64,000 bases of DNA from Amoebidium appalachense. Its lineage: Eukaryota > Protista > Ichthyosporea. Of the stretch, positions 41,157-64,000 are shown piece after piece (position 1 is the first letter of the stretch; each line of letters starts with the position of its first letter). Location of the stretch: assembly GCA_963693365.1 (NCBI GenBank), contig CAVNZM010000003.1, positions 6,827,448 through 6,891,447 of the forward strand, in the 5' to 3' direction. Position numbers and translations under genes: made by a program. The notes under the pieces are model-generated. The model saw only the letters and a program-made list of their open reading frames with translations, was not told the DNA's origin and made no database searches.

Positions 41157-41445
41157 ACGCCTCGTTAGTACTGTGAAGCATGTTTCTCAGTTCAGTCTGT
41201 GTCCTTCAAGGAAGCCGGGAGCTTGCAAACATAAGAAAAAGTATAGATGTTGTAAGGAAGCTATTAAAAGGTTTACTTGGGAGCAGCCTGAAAGACGTAG
41301 TCGCTTACTAAACTGCGAAGTTAGAGCTGGGATTGGTGCCGGGGTTGTTTGGTGTCGAAGTTTTCCACAGACATCTTCCTGCTTGTGGGATAGACGCGAA
41401 CACAGCGGCACCTTTAGAGACTTGGTCACTTAATTCTTTTCGAAA

Positions 41446-51895
<10,450 letters not shown>

Positions 51896-52492
51896 CGCAC
51901 GTGCAATATGCGTGCACACACACACACACACACGCGTGAGGGGATGGGTGTATGTGCTTTCCTCAATGGTTTCGGATGAGGTGTGTGTATGTCTAGAGTG
52001 GGACGTAGTATGAGGGTTATTAGCAGGTATAACGGTCTACATACTAAATTACTTCCTAGTGACGCCCTAGTTATGGAGAGTAATCAATAGGGGTATTGCA
52101 ATAATAAGATATGTTTGAGGTATGCAGGTTTGTGGGTGTACGGAGGTCCCAAGTGCACACACACGCTAACCGTTTTTTCTGTCGTACATACATATGTGCA
52201 TTGTTGAGTACGGGAAGGTTTATGGAGGGGCCAAGAGTTCGTTTTTTTCTTTTTTCCTTTTTTTCCATCTTCACTTGACTCGTACGTATACCCGTTTGTG
52301 TTTTTGCGGGACGGCTTGTTTTGGGGCCCGGACGGGTATGATAGCAGCGAGTAGGGCAAATTCTATAGCGCTGAATGACTAGCAGACAGAGGATAAATAA
52401 AGCCAACATGCTGTGTTCGATCCCTTCCCCCCTCCCCCAATCCCCTCCCCCCCCCCCCTCCCCCTCCCCCCCCCCCCCCCCCCCCCCCCCCC

Positions 52493-52985
52493 CAGTAGGC
52501 GTGTTACTACCCTGCAGCGTGGGTCAAATCTCATATTTTCCCCTCTGATTGCGAATTCTGCGGCCTTCGGACTTAATTCTTTTCAGCTAATGTAGTATGT
52601 TAGCCAGGGAAGTATCGACTTAGGTATCGACGGGGGAGCTTCCCCGAAGCCCCGTCTCCTGAGTTCCTATCTATATTTTTCTTGCTTCTGCTTACTGCTG
52701 CAACTTTGTTTAACCCCCGGCCTTTCCCACTGCCCTTGCCTGCATAAGCAACCCTGCTCGTCTCTGATCAAGACGGGTGACCTACCCATGTTCAAGTGAA
52801 ACAGTATCTGAGTTGGGTTTCGTTAACGAGGGGAATAGGTCGAAACTCGGGTACTGTGGATGACGTGGGCCCCCCCTGAGGATGGGCCCTGCTTATTATG
52901 CCTACATAAATTGTATGGCTTGCATTCTGCATCGTGTTATCCGTTTGTTCTTGTGTACTTCGTACTTTTTGACGCATTCACCCCA
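52493..52985 (+). mobile_element. Dispersed repeat family copy, near-identical to 47056-47548
   Basis: Direct comparison shows only a few substitutions and indels; flanked by poly-C runs. Confidence 0.9.
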
Positions 52986-53159
52986 CCCCCCCCCCCCCCC
53001 CCCCCCTCCCTCCCCCCTCCCCCCCCCCCCCCACCACCACCACCACCACCTTCCCTTCACGCCCTGAGAATCCCCCTCAGTTGCCCCCGGTCACTTTCCC
53101 TTCACTCCCTTGGAAACCCCCTCCCCCCCCCCCCCTTCTACCCCTTCCACACACCGTGA

Positions 53160-53251
<92 letters not shown>

Positions 53252-53533
53252 GTGACATGTGAACTGAAGAAAACATTAGTGTGCAACCATGAGCCACGAT
53301 CGTGACATTGAACCAATCAGAACAAGGGGAAAAAATTTGGCGCCTAAGCCACGATCACGGCCTACTGTGATTCCGTGGCCAAGATCCCTTCACAACTAAG
53401 TTATGCAGGATCGAAAACTACCTTTGTTATAACCCCTCCTACCCCTTCTATTGCCACTGTGAACCATATACACAGCAGGAGCGCAGGAACGTAGACACAT
53501 AGTTGCCGTGAGTGTGTGTGTGTGCGTTGCAGC

Positions 53534-62401
<8,868 letters not shown>

Positions 62402-63508
62402 GCACGGAGAGATATGGGTGCCTATTTATTGAATGAATGCTGTGTATGTTTGATATTGTGTGGTGTATGTATGAATGCATGTGTGAGTCTTCCCTTAAAG
62501 CTTTGGAATAGTGCCGTATAAATGAATGATGCTAGGCGTGTGTTGTGGCTCTAAGTGCGTTTTAGGTGTTTATAGCTGGCCATCTCACTTGGTAGCACAG
62601 GCTATCATAAGATATTTACCAAGAGTGTGTACACGTGTAGGAAAATAATTTCATGTACCGACTCTTCTGCATATCACGTTGTGCGTGCACCGGTGCTTGC
62701 AACGGCCATGGGCTAGCAAGGAATCACGATCAATTAATCCACTGTGGCACATTCTTCGTTTTGATATTTGTGTTTGTGTACGTCCCCAGATCTGCTCAGA
62801 CAACCCCTTTGGGGGGGGGGCATTGGAGTGGCTATGTGCGCATAGAGATCTCGAATAAAGAATGGCATTGACCACCCAATGGCATGCACAGCAATGTGTA
62901 ACATGTTGTGTGGCGGGGGTTTGCACGGTCTATATATATATATATTGCGTGGTGCACACACGTGCAAACATGGTTCGAATTTACAAGACATGCAATGGGG
63001 TGGACCGGGTGGGTGGCCTGTGTGTGAATCCAGCATGCTAACATTAGCACTGTAGTCACGTGATACGGAGCCAAAGCACGTGGCTGTGTGACATGCATGC
63101 AGGTGCACATATTATTTCCGTAACTGCCACCATGCAGTGTGCCACCAGGGCACACATTGGAATCAGAATCTGTGTTGTCTTGCGAAAGAAACGAAAAAAA
63201 GAAAAAAAAAGAAAAAAACACGTGTGGAACATGTGAGCTACCTTGGCAGATTATGTGGGTGTTTTGCCACAACTGTTGGTGGCCTTGTGGAATCATGTGG
63301 CTGGTGTGTCTGCAACTTAACCATATATGGTAGGTGCTGGTGCGAGGGAGGGCTGTGATTGGCTATTCCCAGTATTTGTCTTGGCTGAAGTTGGGCTCCG
63401 ACGCAAACCCTGGGGGAGGAGCGGTATGAGTGCTGTGTGGATGATTTGTTGCATGCAGGGGCTAGGGGGGGGGGGGGGGGGGGGATGATTTGTTGCATGC
63501 AGGGGCTA

Positions 63509-63544
<36 letters not shown>

Positions 63545-63546
<2 letters not shown>

Positions 63547-63735
63547 TGTATGTGTGGGATGGCGGGAACTTGAAAAAGCCAAGGCATCGAGGCAACAAAA
63601 CCAAAAACAGGACTGAAAACCAAACGATGACCCGGCCTTAAGCAGAGCCCACCATCAGAGAGATGCCTATGATTTCACAACAACCCGATTTTTGACTAAA
63701 ACCTCCCCTCTTGCGTGTGGTTCCTAACACTGTGC
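63545..63735 (-). mobile_element. Inverted diverged copy of the dispersed repeat family
   Basis: Reverse complement reads GGAACCACACGCAAGAGG..GTCAAAAATCGGG..CTCTGATGGTGGGCTCTGC, matching 48920-49020 and 36955-37010. Confidence 0.65.
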
Positions 63736-64000
63736 GTGCTAACAGTCAGTGGTAGCCTGGGCAGTAACCGGATTTCTTCTCTCTTCTCTCTACTCTTACT
63801 TGACGCTTTTGACGATCTATAAGGATGAAAAATAAAATCCTAAATCCAGAAATTGTCAAAACCGGATTTTAGCAGATTGTAAATTGGAATGAATAATTAT
63901 TTAATAGCTATTAAAGATGTAATTAACATATTTATTCAATTAGTAGGGAATCTAGTACTATGTTAATAGTACGTTAGGAGTAGAATAAAAATATTCAATG

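Noticed and set aside
52801-52890. Canonical hammerhead ribozyme annotation
   Set aside because: Core words are present but order and stem I pairing do not fit types I-III; kept only as a hypothesis in findings.

Overview
Eukaryotic genomic DNA, very rich in (CA)n/(GT)n, poly-C/poly-G and other microsatellites, which explain almost all ORF-track entries. Splicing GT-AG introns by hand gives three intron-dense + strand genes: the 3' part of a Nup205/Nup192-like nucleoporin (32-13746), a ZnT7/SLC30A7-like CDF zinc transporter (41446-51895) and a BABAM1/MERIT40-like vWA protein (53534-62401). Between them lie two intronless paralogs (16672-18750, 34028-36025) encoding type-I membrane proteins. 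Each has a signal peptide, a truncated beta-helix-like cap, a ZP-module-like ectodomain, an RRRRR furin site, a TM helix and a short tail; this is the most interesting system here. The window also holds a dispersed hairpin-rich repeat family, MITEs, probable Helitron remnants and several minisatellites. The animal-like ZnT7/BABAM1 plus strong divergence suggest a non-model opisthokont, possibly a unicellular holozoan (inference only). All homology calls come from recalled motifs, not database searches.
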